This document shows, piece after piece, positions 1 through 11,285 of a stretch of 64,000 nucleotides of DNA. Positions within the stretch are counted from its first letter, which is position 1, and each line of letters begins with the position of its first letter. The position numbers and the translations under genes are program-made. The stretch is from positions 117,730 to 181,729 of the forward strand of contig NW_015161420.1 in the NCBI RefSeq assembly GCF_001447785.1. Direction: 5' to 3'. The DNA is from Gekko japonicus. Its lineage: Eukaryota. Below the pieces are notes generated by a model. The model made no database searches, was not told the DNA's origin, and saw nothing but the letters and a program-made list of their open reading frames with translations.

Positions 1-154
1 TGCTGCTATCGGGGTCAGCAGGGAGCGAAGCGGAGCCGGGAGCTGCGCGATGAGCGGTTGCCGGAGAGCTGGGATGCGAAGCGGCGCGGTTCCCGGAGGT
101 CTCGGCGTCGGGGCTCGGTGCGGTGCTCGTGTTGGCGTCCGGGTCTTTGTTCAT
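1..154 (-). mobile_element. Start of putative gag ORF of the Gypsy-like element (MNKDPDANTSTAPSPDAETSG..., open to window edge)
   Basis: ATG at 154 just downstream of the PBS; no stop before position 1; CpG-rich, low-complexity A/P/S N-terminus. Confidence 0.45.
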
Positions 155-183
155 GGGGTCGTGGATCCCATCTTCGTCGCCAG

Positions 184-413
184 TGAAAAGTATGCAGACG
201 GAGAGTGATTTCAGCTAAGCATACCTTTATTTAGTCAGGAACAAAAGACAAGAGACCAGCTCGCAGGCTGGTTTATATACGTTCAGGAAACCCGCCACCA
301 AGTACACCTAACACACACCCCCTACTCCCGATAGGCTATTTACAGTAACCGGGCGACCATTGGTCTCCCGGCTGAGAAGCTGGCCCTTTGATTTGGCCGG
401 CTAGGATCCTACG
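184..413 (-). mobile_element. 5' LTR of a Gypsy/Ty3-like LTR retrotransposon (element continues left, off the window)
   Basis: On the minus strand a ~230-bp segment starts (C/T)GTAGGATCC and ends ...TTTTCA. It contains TATATAAA (272-279) and AATAAA (226-231) in that order and is followed after 1 nt by the PBS-like TGGCGACGAAGATGGGAT (182-165). Confidence 0.7.
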
Positions 414-1284
414 GACCCATTGTCTTTGGACATGAAGCTATTGAAGAGTTGTGCCTGGCCAGCCCGGGCAAGTCCGGGCATGTCAGGCTGAATACATTAC
501 ACCGGGAATCCCCCGCTCCGGTGATTTTTTCACTTGGCAACCCTAGATGGGGCTTATAAAAGTAGATTGGCTGGTGGGTAGGAAGCAGGAAAAGAGGAGA
601 GGCTTCATAAGAAACTGCTTCAGAATGTGGCATTTTTAAAGGCAAAGTATAGCAACAACAAAAAATAATTTATGTTACAATATTTTCAGATTTCATGGTA
701 CATTGTATGGTAAGCAGATACTTTCCATCCAAAAACTTATTTAATAAACTTAACTGTATTTCATGCACACACATACGTTTTCTTTTATATGCTAATAAAC
801 AATCTCAGATGTCACATTGTAGAGAGTATCTGGAAACAGGCAAAAGGACAGGAAGCAACTGTAATTGAGGAGTAAAGGGCACTTGCCAGATCAGTGCTGG
901 GAAGATAAGCGGCAGAATCCGGTTTAGAGCAGGCAGGGCAAACAGAGGGAAACACAAGACTGGAAAGGAATTCAGGGCATGCAACAGGTGCAAGGAAGAA
1001 GTTCACAGCACAGAGAACAAGGAGAAACAAAGATTCAAAACAAGGTAGATCCATGAATGCCATGCCTTGGAGGATCAAACAACTGGGTGGACAGTTACCT
1101 TTCTGGGTTGCTGTTCCTAGGAAAGAAGCCAGGAGAGGCTAACCAATCAAATTCATTGTTAAAACTATAGGTCATCCCAAAAGTTTTTTTTTTAAAATTA
1201 CAGTTAGTATTCTGACGTTCCATTAAAAAGCATAAATAAAAGAACTTTGTTCTTAACCATCACTGAAGCAGATTTATTATAAAA

Positions 1285-1873
1285 TAGGGTTGCCAACAAT
1301 CCTGGAGAAAAATGTTATATCCCTTGTGCGGAGAAATACCATCGTGTGTGAGAGTTTAACTTTCTGTGGGCTGGATGGGAGGAGACTATCAAACTTTAGG
1401 TAGGCCTAATCTCCTCCTCATTCCCTCCCCCCCTCCTGTCTCCAACCATGAGGGCAACTCCCTAAGAGAGGGCAGGAAATTCATCAAGGTTATGAGGAGA
1501 TCTGCCCCAGAATGCTGCAGGAGGGACAGCCAGTTTCTGTTTGTAGTATTAAGTTTTTGGACAGGAAGTCAGTTGGTTGGTTGGAGTTGCAAGAGACAGA
1601 GGCAGGTATAGCCCTAGGCCAGAGATGGTGGCCATTTTGGGGGACATGTTTGTCCAGTTTACCCCAGAGTAACAAAGAGATGTACCTACCCTGCATACCA
1701 CCTAAATAGGGCATGAGTTCAGAGGAGGGAGAGAGATGAAGCATTTTTGTCGACATTATTTTATTTCTTCACTTCTGATGTGCCTGTATCTAGTTGTGAG
1801 TTTTAACTAAATCTTTTGATTGTTAAAGAAGTGAAGTCCCTCTGTATCCCCTTCCAGGCAGCAGGCAACCCTA
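1285..1873. mobile_element. Non-autonomous hAT-like DNA transposon (TAGGGTTGCC...GGCAACCCTA termini)
   Basis: 10-bp terminal inverted repeats; degenerate 8-bp flanks TTATAAAA/TAATCAAA. The same terminal motif recurs near 3600, 8991, 12272 and 13069. Confidence 0.55.
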
Positions 1874-2047
1874 TAATCAAAATAAGTCTGATGTGGTTTG
1901 GCTGTAAGCAATGAGAAGAAAGCTTCTGTTGCTTCTGGTCAGTAATAACTCAGTTCTCTCTGGAAATGAAAAGCGCTGAGATAAATACTTTAATTTTTTT
2001 ATAAGTATGGCATTTAGCTAGATGGGGGAAAGGCCTTCTGCACTGTA

Positions 2048-2130
2048 CAGTGCAATCCTAAACAGATTTTCACCTTTCTCAGTCCGTTGGAGTCAATGGG
2101 TTTAGAAGGCTGTTAGTCTATTTAGGATTG
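2048..2130. repeat. Short palindromic MITE (CAGTGCAATCCTA...TAGGATTG family)
   Basis: Imperfect inverted repeat; a related copy lies at 4831-4920. Confidence 0.55.
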
Positions 2131-2227
2131 AATTTTTAATTCCACAGGAAGTGGAAAAATCGAGTTCTCAAGAGAGCAACATCTACATCTCTCCGTCATC
2201 CGTTAGTTACTTGAACTTATATTATTC

Positions 2228-2640
2228 CAGGGCTATTTTTGGGCAGGAACACACAGGAACGGAGTTCCGGTTGGCTCCCAAATTGGCCACGCCCAGCAGG
2301 AACTTATTAGCATAATAGGCCACACCCAACAGCAGGAACTCATTCGGATTGGCTACATTAGGGGTGTGTGGCCTAACATGCAAAGGAGTCCCTGCTCCAA
2401 AAAAAGCCCTGGGTTTTGACAACAAACAAGGTAAACAGAATAAGAAGCAAAAGGTGGGTGTGGCTGAATGACCACACTTCTGGTAACATGAGGGTGTGGC
2501 CTAATATGCTAATGAGCTGTGCTGTCATGGGTGTGGCGTAATATGCTAATGAATTCCTGCTGTTGGGTGTGGCCTGCTGTTGGGTATGGCCTATTATGGT
2601 AATGAGTTCCTGCTGGGCTTTTTCTACAAAAAGAGCCCTG
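2228..2640. mobile_element. hAT-like MITE(s), CAGGGCTTTTTT/AAAAAAGCCCTG family, with tandem internal CAGGAACTCATTAGCATATTAGGCCACACCC units
   Basis: Terminal motifs at 2228, ~2400-2411 and ~2628-2640; the internal unit repeats in both orientations; related copies at ~12430-12500 and 15563-15872. Confidence 0.65.
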
Positions 2641-3294
2641 TTTATTCTATTGCCTCCCTGTAGACTTGGACTTTTGACTCAAGATAGTATGTTTCAACAA
2701 TTTTTGTATTATTAATTAAATAAATTATTCATCCATTGTTTTTCAATTTAATTTGTTTGTTTTTCTGATATAGCATAGTTCCACCTACTTCTGAATGGAT
2801 TATCTCATCCGCAGAGGGAGAAGTGCATGAAAAGAAGTAGAGGCAGGACTTATTTATTTCTTTATTTAAAATAAGTATGACGCATGCACTCAGTAAAAAT
2901 GTTTCCAAGGCTGTTTAGGACATCTATTAAAACAATTAAGTTAAAAGTAGGACTCAGCAGCATTTAAAGCACCAATAAAAACAGCAGCAAAGGCTTTGAT
3001 AATGTGGTAAAACAAAAGCTACATATAACCCCCCCCCAACAAAAACCCCCACAAAACTCCCAAACTAAAGCAGCAATACTGAATTTTAAACCAGCAGTAA
3101 AAATTGCAGGGGGGAATTAGAACAGTATTCTAATTCAAAAATAGTAATACATGTATTAATAAAACAGGGCAGGATAAAGAACTCAGAAAGTAAGCTTGGG
3201 AAAATTAAAACTGCCTTGCCTGATATCCAAAACCAAAGGGTGGGTGAATTTCTGAAGGGAAGGAGTTCCAAAGTGTCTCTACTGCAACAGAAAA

Positions 3295-3354
3295 GGCCAT
3301 ATCTATTGTTGCCAGCCAGCTGCTGGCCATATCTATTGTTGCCAGCCAGCTGCT
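3295..3354. repeat. Perfect 30-bp tandem duplication GGCCATATCTATTGTTGCCAGCCAGCTGCT x2
   Basis: Direct reading of the sequence. Confidence 0.95.
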
Positions 3355-3977
3355 GGCAACCATTGAGAGCTTTTGGGGTCTGTGCATGGTGATCTCATGG
3401 TACACAAGACCTAGGGTCTCCAGGTGTGGCCTGGCAACCAGTGAGAGACTGGGAGGCAGGGACATGGGGGGGGGGGCGACCATCAGCCTGATGACTTATG
3501 AGTTCCAAGAAAACCTGGGATGACATTGCCTGTTGATGCTCCAAATGGTAGTAAGAAATTAGAGGTGGTGGCAGGGGATCACCCACTAAGGGGCTGGCAA
3601 CCCTAAAAATGCCCCAATGTCACTTCTAGTTACATACCTAGAAGCATTGTTGGAAATGCTGTAGGAATCATAGAGAGTTGGGAAATTCCTGAAGGTTTGC
3701 TATGATGTCATAACATTTCTGGGTACATAACCAGAAGTGATATCCCTTCATTTTGCTTTCACTGCTCCATTGAGCAGCAGTAGGAATCCAGAGACAGGAG
3801 GTCTCGCTCTAGTGGGATACCTGGCTGTCCTAGCCCTATCAGATTTTCTACCAGAGTTCAAGGCTGGTAAGTAGGGATAAATGAAGTACTCTTGAGCAAA
3901 CACAGAAAATATTTCCCTCACCACTAAGATTAGATGAAAGGGCTTCCAGAACAAGGAGTAATGTTACTACTGCCAGA

Positions 3978-4195
3978 TTTATTTATTTATATCCCACTCC
4001 TCCCCCTAATGGGACCCAGAGTGGCTTACAACACTCTTCTCTCCTCCTCCATGTTATCCTCATAAGAGTAGCCTTGTGAGGTACTTTAGGCTAAGAGAGA
4101 GTAACTGGTCCAAGGTCACCCAGGGAACTTCCATGGCAGAGCCGGGATTCAAACCTGTAGTTCCTGTAGTTCAGCACTCTGAACACTATACTATT
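3978..4195 (-). mobile_element. tRNA-derived squamate SINE (Squam3-like), diverged
   Basis: (ATTT)n tail followed by ATCCCAC...GAGTGGCTTACAA...GTGAGGTA...CCAAGGTCACCCAG...GGGATTCAAACC (reverse B-box); same family as 16070-16347. Confidence 0.6.
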
Positions 4196-5057
4196 CTGAG
4201 TCTCCCTTTGAGCCCAGTGCTTCTTTTTTCTTGTTCTAGAAATTAAACAAAAGACTGGACCTGTCAGTAGTCCATAACTGAGAAGTGGTTGTGTATGTCC
4301 TGCCGCCACTGTTTTCCATCTCTGCTCAATGCAACAATGGGAAGTATGTACATAGTTGAAATTGCAGCAGTCAAGGGAAAATATCTTGGATCTGTTTCAC
4401 CAGCCCTCCCTATTTTTAGGTATTAGAACAATCTGGATTTGGCAGGCCATAATCCCAGTTTTGATAGGAAACGAATCATTCGGCATGATTTAAATTTTTT
4501 AGAAGTTGTGCTGAATGAATGAGTGCACAGGAACACAGCTTCTGAAATTTCAACTTTCAATCGTAGCGAAGTCTGTTCTTAAGGCACCCTAATGCAGATG
4601 CAGCAGCTGTGGATCTAGCTCCCTTTTCAAGTGGGGCCAAACAGGGTTTCAAATGACATAAGCAGACTAAAGTTTCAAAGTACCACATGCCTGGAAGGAC
4701 ATTTTATTCTACCTAGCTAATTCCTAAAATATGACCCACAATGAATGGCTAGTCAGATGGAGTCTCTCAAGTATGCTGTGTGTTTGAGCTGAACCATTGT
4801 TCATGTAAGACTTTCCAGTCAATAAGATTAACAGTGCAATCCTAGACAATGTTACACCCTTCTCAGTCCATTGAAGTCAACAGGATTAGAAGGGTGTAAC
4901 TCTTCAAAGGATTGCACAGCTAGTAACACTCTGTGATACATTTGCTTGGAAGCAAGGTCCCTTTCAGTAAATATTTTTAGGCTCAACTTGGGTGTAAAGG
5001 ATACATTCAATACACTTACAAATCTAAGATAATGCAATCTACTTTACTAACATATAG

Positions 5058-5260
5058 TGGGGGGCTGGGACTCAGTGGAAGAGCATCTGCTTTGCACATA
5101 GAAGCCCCCAATTCAATTCCTAGCACCCCCACTTAAAAGAACCAGGCAGTAGGTGATGTGAAAGACCTCTTCCTGATACCTTGGAGAGCTGCTGCCAGTC
5201 TGAGTAGACACTGACCATGATGGACCACTGGTTTGATTAAGTATAAAGCAGCTTCATATA
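5058..5260 (+). mobile_element. tRNA-derived SINE (Squam2-like)
   Basis: A-box-like GGACTCAGTGG, B-box-like ATTCAATTCC; body GGCAGTAGGTGATGTGAAAGACC...GGAGAGCTGCTGCCAGTCTGAGTAGAC shared with the copies at 9884 and 27420. Confidence 0.65.
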
Positions 5261-6789
5261 TGCATATGTAGTGGGCACAGAATGGCACGCTGATTAATAT
5301 CTAGCTTGTAACATAGAAAAGTTTCATTTGGTTTGCACTGGAATTCAGTAAAAAAAATTGTAATTCCCTGGGTGTGAACTGCAACTTGTTTTCTGCAGCC
5401 AATATGTTATTTATAAGAAGCTAATTTCTAGAAGGAAGAAGACTTCATGATCTGGACATAAGCAGTATAAAAAAGGAGTTTTAAAGGCATGTACACAATG
5501 TATTTTTGCCAGATTGAACTTTATCCCTATAATCTCTTTACTTGTATGTTTCTGGGACTCCCAAATGGAAGGGAACTTCTGTATTCCTGATAATGTCCTG
5601 GACAGAATTGGGTACTCTTGGTTAAGAATATGCTACAGTTGTCTGTTTCATTTCTGGTTGCTTTTAAAACTTGTTTATTTGTTATTCATTACTGAAACTT
5701 AATTCAATTCTGAAAATATATAAAAATAAATTTAAAAAAACCAGATACACTAAATTTTAAAGGATTGTATTACTAATTAGCCCATAGCTGTTAGCCAGTG
5801 GACTGAACATTCATATATAATAATTCGTAACAAATCTGTTGTTTTGTTCTAATAGAGTTTTTAATTGGCATGGACACCCTCAAGACAGATGTTTTTACTA
5901 TAAATATTGTATATTATTTTTCATTATTGATTCACATACCAGTGAGCAATTTTGATACGGCAAATGCATCGTGAGGCATAATTATGCCCTGTAATTTTGC
6001 CATGTATCTTGGATGTGTCCCAGTCATGGAAGAAAACTGTAGCAGTTTTTCCCTTAGAAATGTCTTATGAAATGGGCCCCTGCTACCTATCCAGGAATGC
6101 TCATGTTCTTTCAAAAAACATCCTTTCACAACATTTAAAGATATAATTCTTCTAGATACGGAATACTGCAAATCACTCAAAATGAGAAGGAGCGTTATGG
6201 TACCTTAAAAGGCTGGCTGAAAATGCACAGCTGCCCCAGCAGAAGCATGGTGAGGGAGTTTGGTGGGAACAGCATCCACACACACCATTCCTGCGCTGCT
6301 CACTCCCTAATGGATTACAATTAAATATATTTTAACATTATTTGGATTACAAAATAAAGACAGAAGTTCTTTTTTTGCCTTGGAAAAGAAGAGAAGAAGA
6401 AGGAAAAAAAATTGGTAAACTATCTGGAACTCAGTTTTACTTTCCAAACGTCACTTCCTGTATGGTGTAAATTTTAACCTGGTATTGTTATGTCTTTATA
6501 TGCTGTATCTATCAAAATACACTCTGGTCTAACAGTACTGTAAACAGGTGATAGCTTTGTCTGAATAAGCTGGCAAGAAGTTTAACTTCTGATTGTGGGT
6601 TTTTAATAATAACAGTTGTTTTGAAAACATATAAAACTGTTTGCTTTTAAAGGTATTGGGAGGGAAGGTATTTTGAGAGATTCTCTGGTCTTAATATAGA
6701 AACTGACCATGTATAGTGGAATGGGGGGGGGCTTCCTGGGGCTCCATCTCCAGGGCAAGGTAAAGCTGTAGCTGCCAATTTAGCATAAA

Positions 6790-7225
6790 TTTCAGTAAAA
6801 GGTCTATAAACTTAATTCAAGAGGCAGTAACTTCAGCTGTAACCACAGCAGTAGCAACAGCAGTTGATCCTATACAAAATAAAATAGATTCTCTTGTACA
6901 AGAAATGACAGACCAGGTGGAAGAAGTCCAGGAACAACTTAAAACAAATAATCAAGAAATTTCAGATTTGACTAAACTAACAAAGTGGAAAACAAATCAG
7001 AAGAAATGGAACTCAAACTAGAAACTGTAAAATCTAAGCATACCTCCATGGAAGAAACTCTGATGAAATTGGAACTTGATAAGGCAGCCTATATTTTGAG
7101 ATTTCAAAACATTCCAGAGAAAGATAATGAAAATTTAAAAAGTGAAATGGCGCAAACACTTGCAAAGTACGTGGATACAGAAGATATTGAGGAAGTTCAT
7201 AATGAGATTGATGTGGCTCATTCTA
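6790..7225 (+). mobile_element. L1 ORF1 fragment (coiled coil plus start of RRM)
   Basis: ORF 6985.. reads ...LELDKAAYILRFQNIPEKDNENLKSEMAQTLA...EIDVAH, matching the vertebrate L1 ORF1p pattern LRFxxIPE...IDxAH. Confidence 0.65.
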
Positions 7226-9044
7226 GAACTCGGCATATGCAAGAAGAAATAAACTTCCTGCGCTGCTCACTATTACCCCAACCTCTGTTCCTCTCTTCTT
7301 TCATTTCCTGCCTATACAAATGCACAGATCTGATAGAAATTTCACTAGATACCCCCATGCCCTGGAATTCCGGTGTGTGTGGGGGAATGGTGCATGGCAG
7401 TGAGCTGCTCTGTGCCATTTTGAAAGGACAGCCATGCCCCTTCCCCAATCAGAGGCAGACTTACTGAATTTGGGTCCATTTAAACAGCTGAGCAGCAAGG
7501 AGAAGAAAGCATGCTCCAAACCATTCAAACCCCTGCTTTCTGCTCCCTGCTGCTCAGCTGTTTGGTTTAAATGGCTCCGAGCCATTTAAACCTCTGCTTT
7601 CTGATCCCTGCGAAAAGCAGAGGGGAGCAGAAAGCAGGGTCATGAACCAATGCAAACTGGTTCTGTTTGCGAACCAACATATCAGTTTGTGGTTCAGGTT
7701 GTGGTTCAGCCATGGACCCTGAACTGAACTGCAAAAATGAGGTTCGTGGCCATCCATGTCCTTTTAAAGTTATCTAAGCTTGCGGCCATCACTACTGTGA
7801 GGACACTTTTCCACTGGTAGTTAATTCCATGATCCAATTACTCATTGAGTTTAAAAATATTTCTTTTTGTTGGTTCTGTACTTATTTCTCATCAGCTATA
7901 TTGGTTGCCCCTTAGTGCTAGTAATATGGGAGAGAGAGAGAAAAAGTTATCTCTGTCTAATCGCTGTGATCCACACTACAAATTGCATAAATGGGTGCCA
8001 CAATACTGGTGTATCATGCACATGTGGACAGTGACCCTCCCCACCCCTAGGTTTTATTTCCTGTAAAGACATGTCTACAAGAACCACTGTTCAAGCATGG
8101 ATTATGTATTACAAACTCCCTACAAGTGCATGATGAATACCTTTATTATTTCCAGCAATTTCATTCCAAAGCTAACAACAAAATGGCAGCAGTTGCTTGC
8201 TATTGCAAAAGTTTATTTATGTGCAATTGTGCTTTAATGCATTAATAACAAAAAAATGCTGCACTACTGTGCTCCTCTGCAAGAAATGACATTAAAACAT
8301 GGCAGATGCTAATAGAAGAAGGCTGCATTCAAGGCAGACTGTGGGGAAAAACTGCATAGCCAACCTCATCACTGCCCATGGAAAGGAATACTTCCTGAAG
8401 AAGGAACAATCATGACACACATATACAAGAACTGCACTGCAATTCTATCTGAAGCTGAAGAGAATCACCCCACATTGAAAAACAATGGGAGGACAAAGGG
8501 GAGAACATGAGAATTGTTTGGATTCTTCTCAGTGTGAGCAAATGGTGTCAATTCTGGAGAAAGTGGCTTAGAGTGTAAAGACCTTGAGCCTGGAAGAAAA
8601 GCCAAATGAGTATGCAGCCAAAAAGTGGCTAACGTTGAGTGTGTATCCAGCTTTAATGTGCAGCAACATGAAAAGTTCCAATAAAATTTACAGCAACCAG
8701 AGGGTGTTTCATGTCGTTACTTAATAAATTGTCCTGCATGAAATTATTCAGTTTAAAAAGATGTTTGTCTAGCTGCCAGTTGGCAGCTAACAACACGCTG
8801 AGTTTTTGCCTTCTGCAAATCAGATTATGCAATCACCTTACACTTGTACAACCTCACAGTAAGTAATTGAAAACAAGTAACTGTTGTTGTTGTTTTTTAA
8901 ATTCCATCCTGACCCATGAAGAAAGTGATGTGGAATTACTGAGCACAGTGGGCAACATGAACAAAATATGCAGAGGAATTATGGGGTAGCTAGGGTTGCC
9001 AACTCTTTGCTCAAATATCATATTGGTTTCTTTAAAAGTAAGAA

Positions 9045-9585
9045 ACATAAAACAGAGCTGGAAGGTACCCCATGAGTCATCTAGTCCAGCCCCCTGCACA
9101 ATGCAGAAAATTCACAACTCCCTCCCTCCTAACTCCCCAGTGACCACTGTTGTATGCCCAGAGGAAGGCAAAAACCCTTCAGGATCCCTGGGCCCATCTG
9201 GCCTGGAGGAAATTTCCTTCCTGACTCCACACTGGTGATCAGGATTATCCTGGGCATATAAGAAAGGGCCACAATATCATCCCTTCCTGCCCTCTTTCTC
9301 CCAATCTGCCTAAATTTATAGTAGTAGAAACAGCATTGATGTCAGATGGCCATCCAGGCTCTGCTTAAAAACTTACAAAGAAAGCTCAAGTGCTCTAACT
9401 GTCAAGGAAGTTCTCCCTAATGTTTAGCCCAAACCTTTTTTGATTTAATTTCAGCTCTGGTTCTGGTCTGATCTTCTGAGGCAACAGAAAACAACTCCAT
9501 TCCATCCTCTATATGGCAGCTCTTCAAATACTTGATGATGGCTACCGTATCATCTCTCAGTCATCTCCTCTCCTGGCTAAACATA
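9045..9585 (-). mobile_element. CR1 LINE 3' fragment
   Basis: GAGCTGGAAGG...GTCATCTAGTCCAGCCCCCTGCACAATGCAG is the reverse complement of the CR1 3' end seen at 39045-39180. Confidence 0.65.
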
Positions 9586-9883
9586 CTGCACACACTCCTA
9601 CTTACTACAGCAGTTGAGTGAAGCTGGAGCAGAGGGCGGGAAGCCCTACATCCTCCAGGACAAGCAGAGGCTACAAGTTATCAGCTGGCAGTTGTTTTGG
9701 TTGTCTTTTCTCAATAGGCCCTGAGTAGATACGCATCATTTTTTTTTTTGCCTGATTACAAACCAGGAAAGAAAGAACAAGGGTAAAATAGCTGAAAATT
9801 GAATCTTCCCCCCCCAGTAAGCTGTCACTTAACAACTCAATATTTTCCAAAGGCTTATGTATTGTGTTACACACAACAATGCC

Positions 9884-10580
9884 CATGGCTCAGTGGTAGA
9901 ACCTCTGATTCACATGCAGAACGTCTCAGGTTCAGTCCCTTGCATCTCCAGTTAAAATCATCAAGTGGCAGGTGATATGAAAGCACTGTCCCTGCCCTGA
10001 GACCCTGGAGAGCTGCTGCTGGTCTGAGGGCCAAACTACATGATATTACTTCTTAACAAGTCAGCTCTGGGCTCCCTGGACCGACTCATTTTCATCTGCA
10101 CAGCAGCTGCATAGAATGTTGTTTAAAAAATTTAGAAGTCTGCAGGGGCCCGATTTGGCTCAGGACTGCCATATGGGAAAGTGGTTCTTGTCCTCCTCCC
10201 ATGCTGTTTTCCCAACCGGAAATGGCAATGGCGGGAGGAGTTGTTTGCCGCATTTTGGAGGTGTATATGCACTGAATATTGCACATGCACCTCCTAAACA
10301 GGGCAAATAGCTCCACCTCAAGGCCATTTCAGCTCAGGAAAATGGTGCGGGTGGGGGGGTAAGGTATGAGGCCCTCCCCCACACAGCAGTCTTGAGGCAA
10401 CTTGGATACCTAGTGACTTTTAAACTTTGAAAAATGACATTCCTTGCAAACTGTTGTGTGGTCACAAGGAAAGTGAGTTGGGTCTAGAGAACCTGGACCC
10501 AGCTTGCTAAAAATCATATCATGTAGTTTGGCCTTGAGTAGATAATACTGACAATGATGGACCAAGGGTCTGATTTTGTA
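9884..10580 (+). mobile_element. Squam2-like SINE interrupted by the MITE at 10028-10534
   Basis: Head TGGCTCAGTGGTAGA...GGTTCAGTCCC; body continues across the MITE as ...GGTC-TGA-GTAGATAATACTGAC...GATGGACC. Confidence 0.7.
10028..10534. mobile_element. PIF/Harbinger-like MITE
   Basis: TIRs GGGCCAAACTACATGATA / TATCATGTAGTTTGGCCT; 3-bp TSD TGA (10025-10027, 10535-10537). Confidence 0.8.
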
Positions 10581-11285
10581 TTTATTTATTTAATTTATAG
10601 ACCACCCTCTCCTATGCATAGGTCTTAGGGCTGTGAACAACATTCCAATGATACATTTAAATAAATACTATGCAATCAAAACAGTTAACACAATAAACAA
10701 CTCACGAACTTCTCAGATGGCGTTTAAAGACCAGTTTTCATCCTTACCCCATGGGGGAGAGAGGAACGATGGGGGGGGCAGGCTTGATGACAGACCATTA
10801 CTGCCCTCAATCGTAGGCCCTGCGGAACTGCTTAAATTAGGTCCCACAAGGTGCAGATGCCATTAGGCAGAGAGTTCCACCAGGCCGGCGCCAGGGCAGA
10901 AAAGGCCCTGGCTCTGGTCAAGGACAGCTGGGTATATTTTGGGCCAGGGACCACCAGGAGGTTCTTCTCTCCAGAGGGTAATGCTCTTCAGGGGATATAA
11001 CCAGGAGAGGCGGTCCCATAGATACGTTGGTCCCAGTCTGTGTAGGGCCTTGAAGGTCAGTACCAAAACCTTTAATCGGATCCAGTACTCAATCTGGAGC
11101 CAGTGCATCTGGCAAAGCACTGGTTGGATATATGCTGTCAGTGGGGTTTCAGTAAGGAACTGATCTGCTGCATTCTGGACCAGTTGTAATTTCCGGGTCA
11201 GTTTCAAGGGTAGCCCTGTGTAGAGCGAGTCACAGTAGTCTAACCTGGAGGTGACCGTTGCATGGATTACTGTGGCAAGGCAGCT
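10581..11285 (-). mobile_element. L2-clade LINE, 3' part of ORF2 plus tail
   Basis: ORF 10863-11300 contains LATVIHATVTSRLDYCDSLYTGLPLKLTRKLQLVQNAA...HWLQIEYWIRLKVLVLTFKALH, typical of the L2/CR1-group region after the RT domain; (TAAA)n tail at ~10580. Confidence 0.85.

Noticed and set aside
5930-8750. Possible Harbinger transposase (HDA motif near 5970, minus strand) and Myb/SANT remnants (~8300-8470)
   Set aside because: Similarity is too degraded to support by eye.
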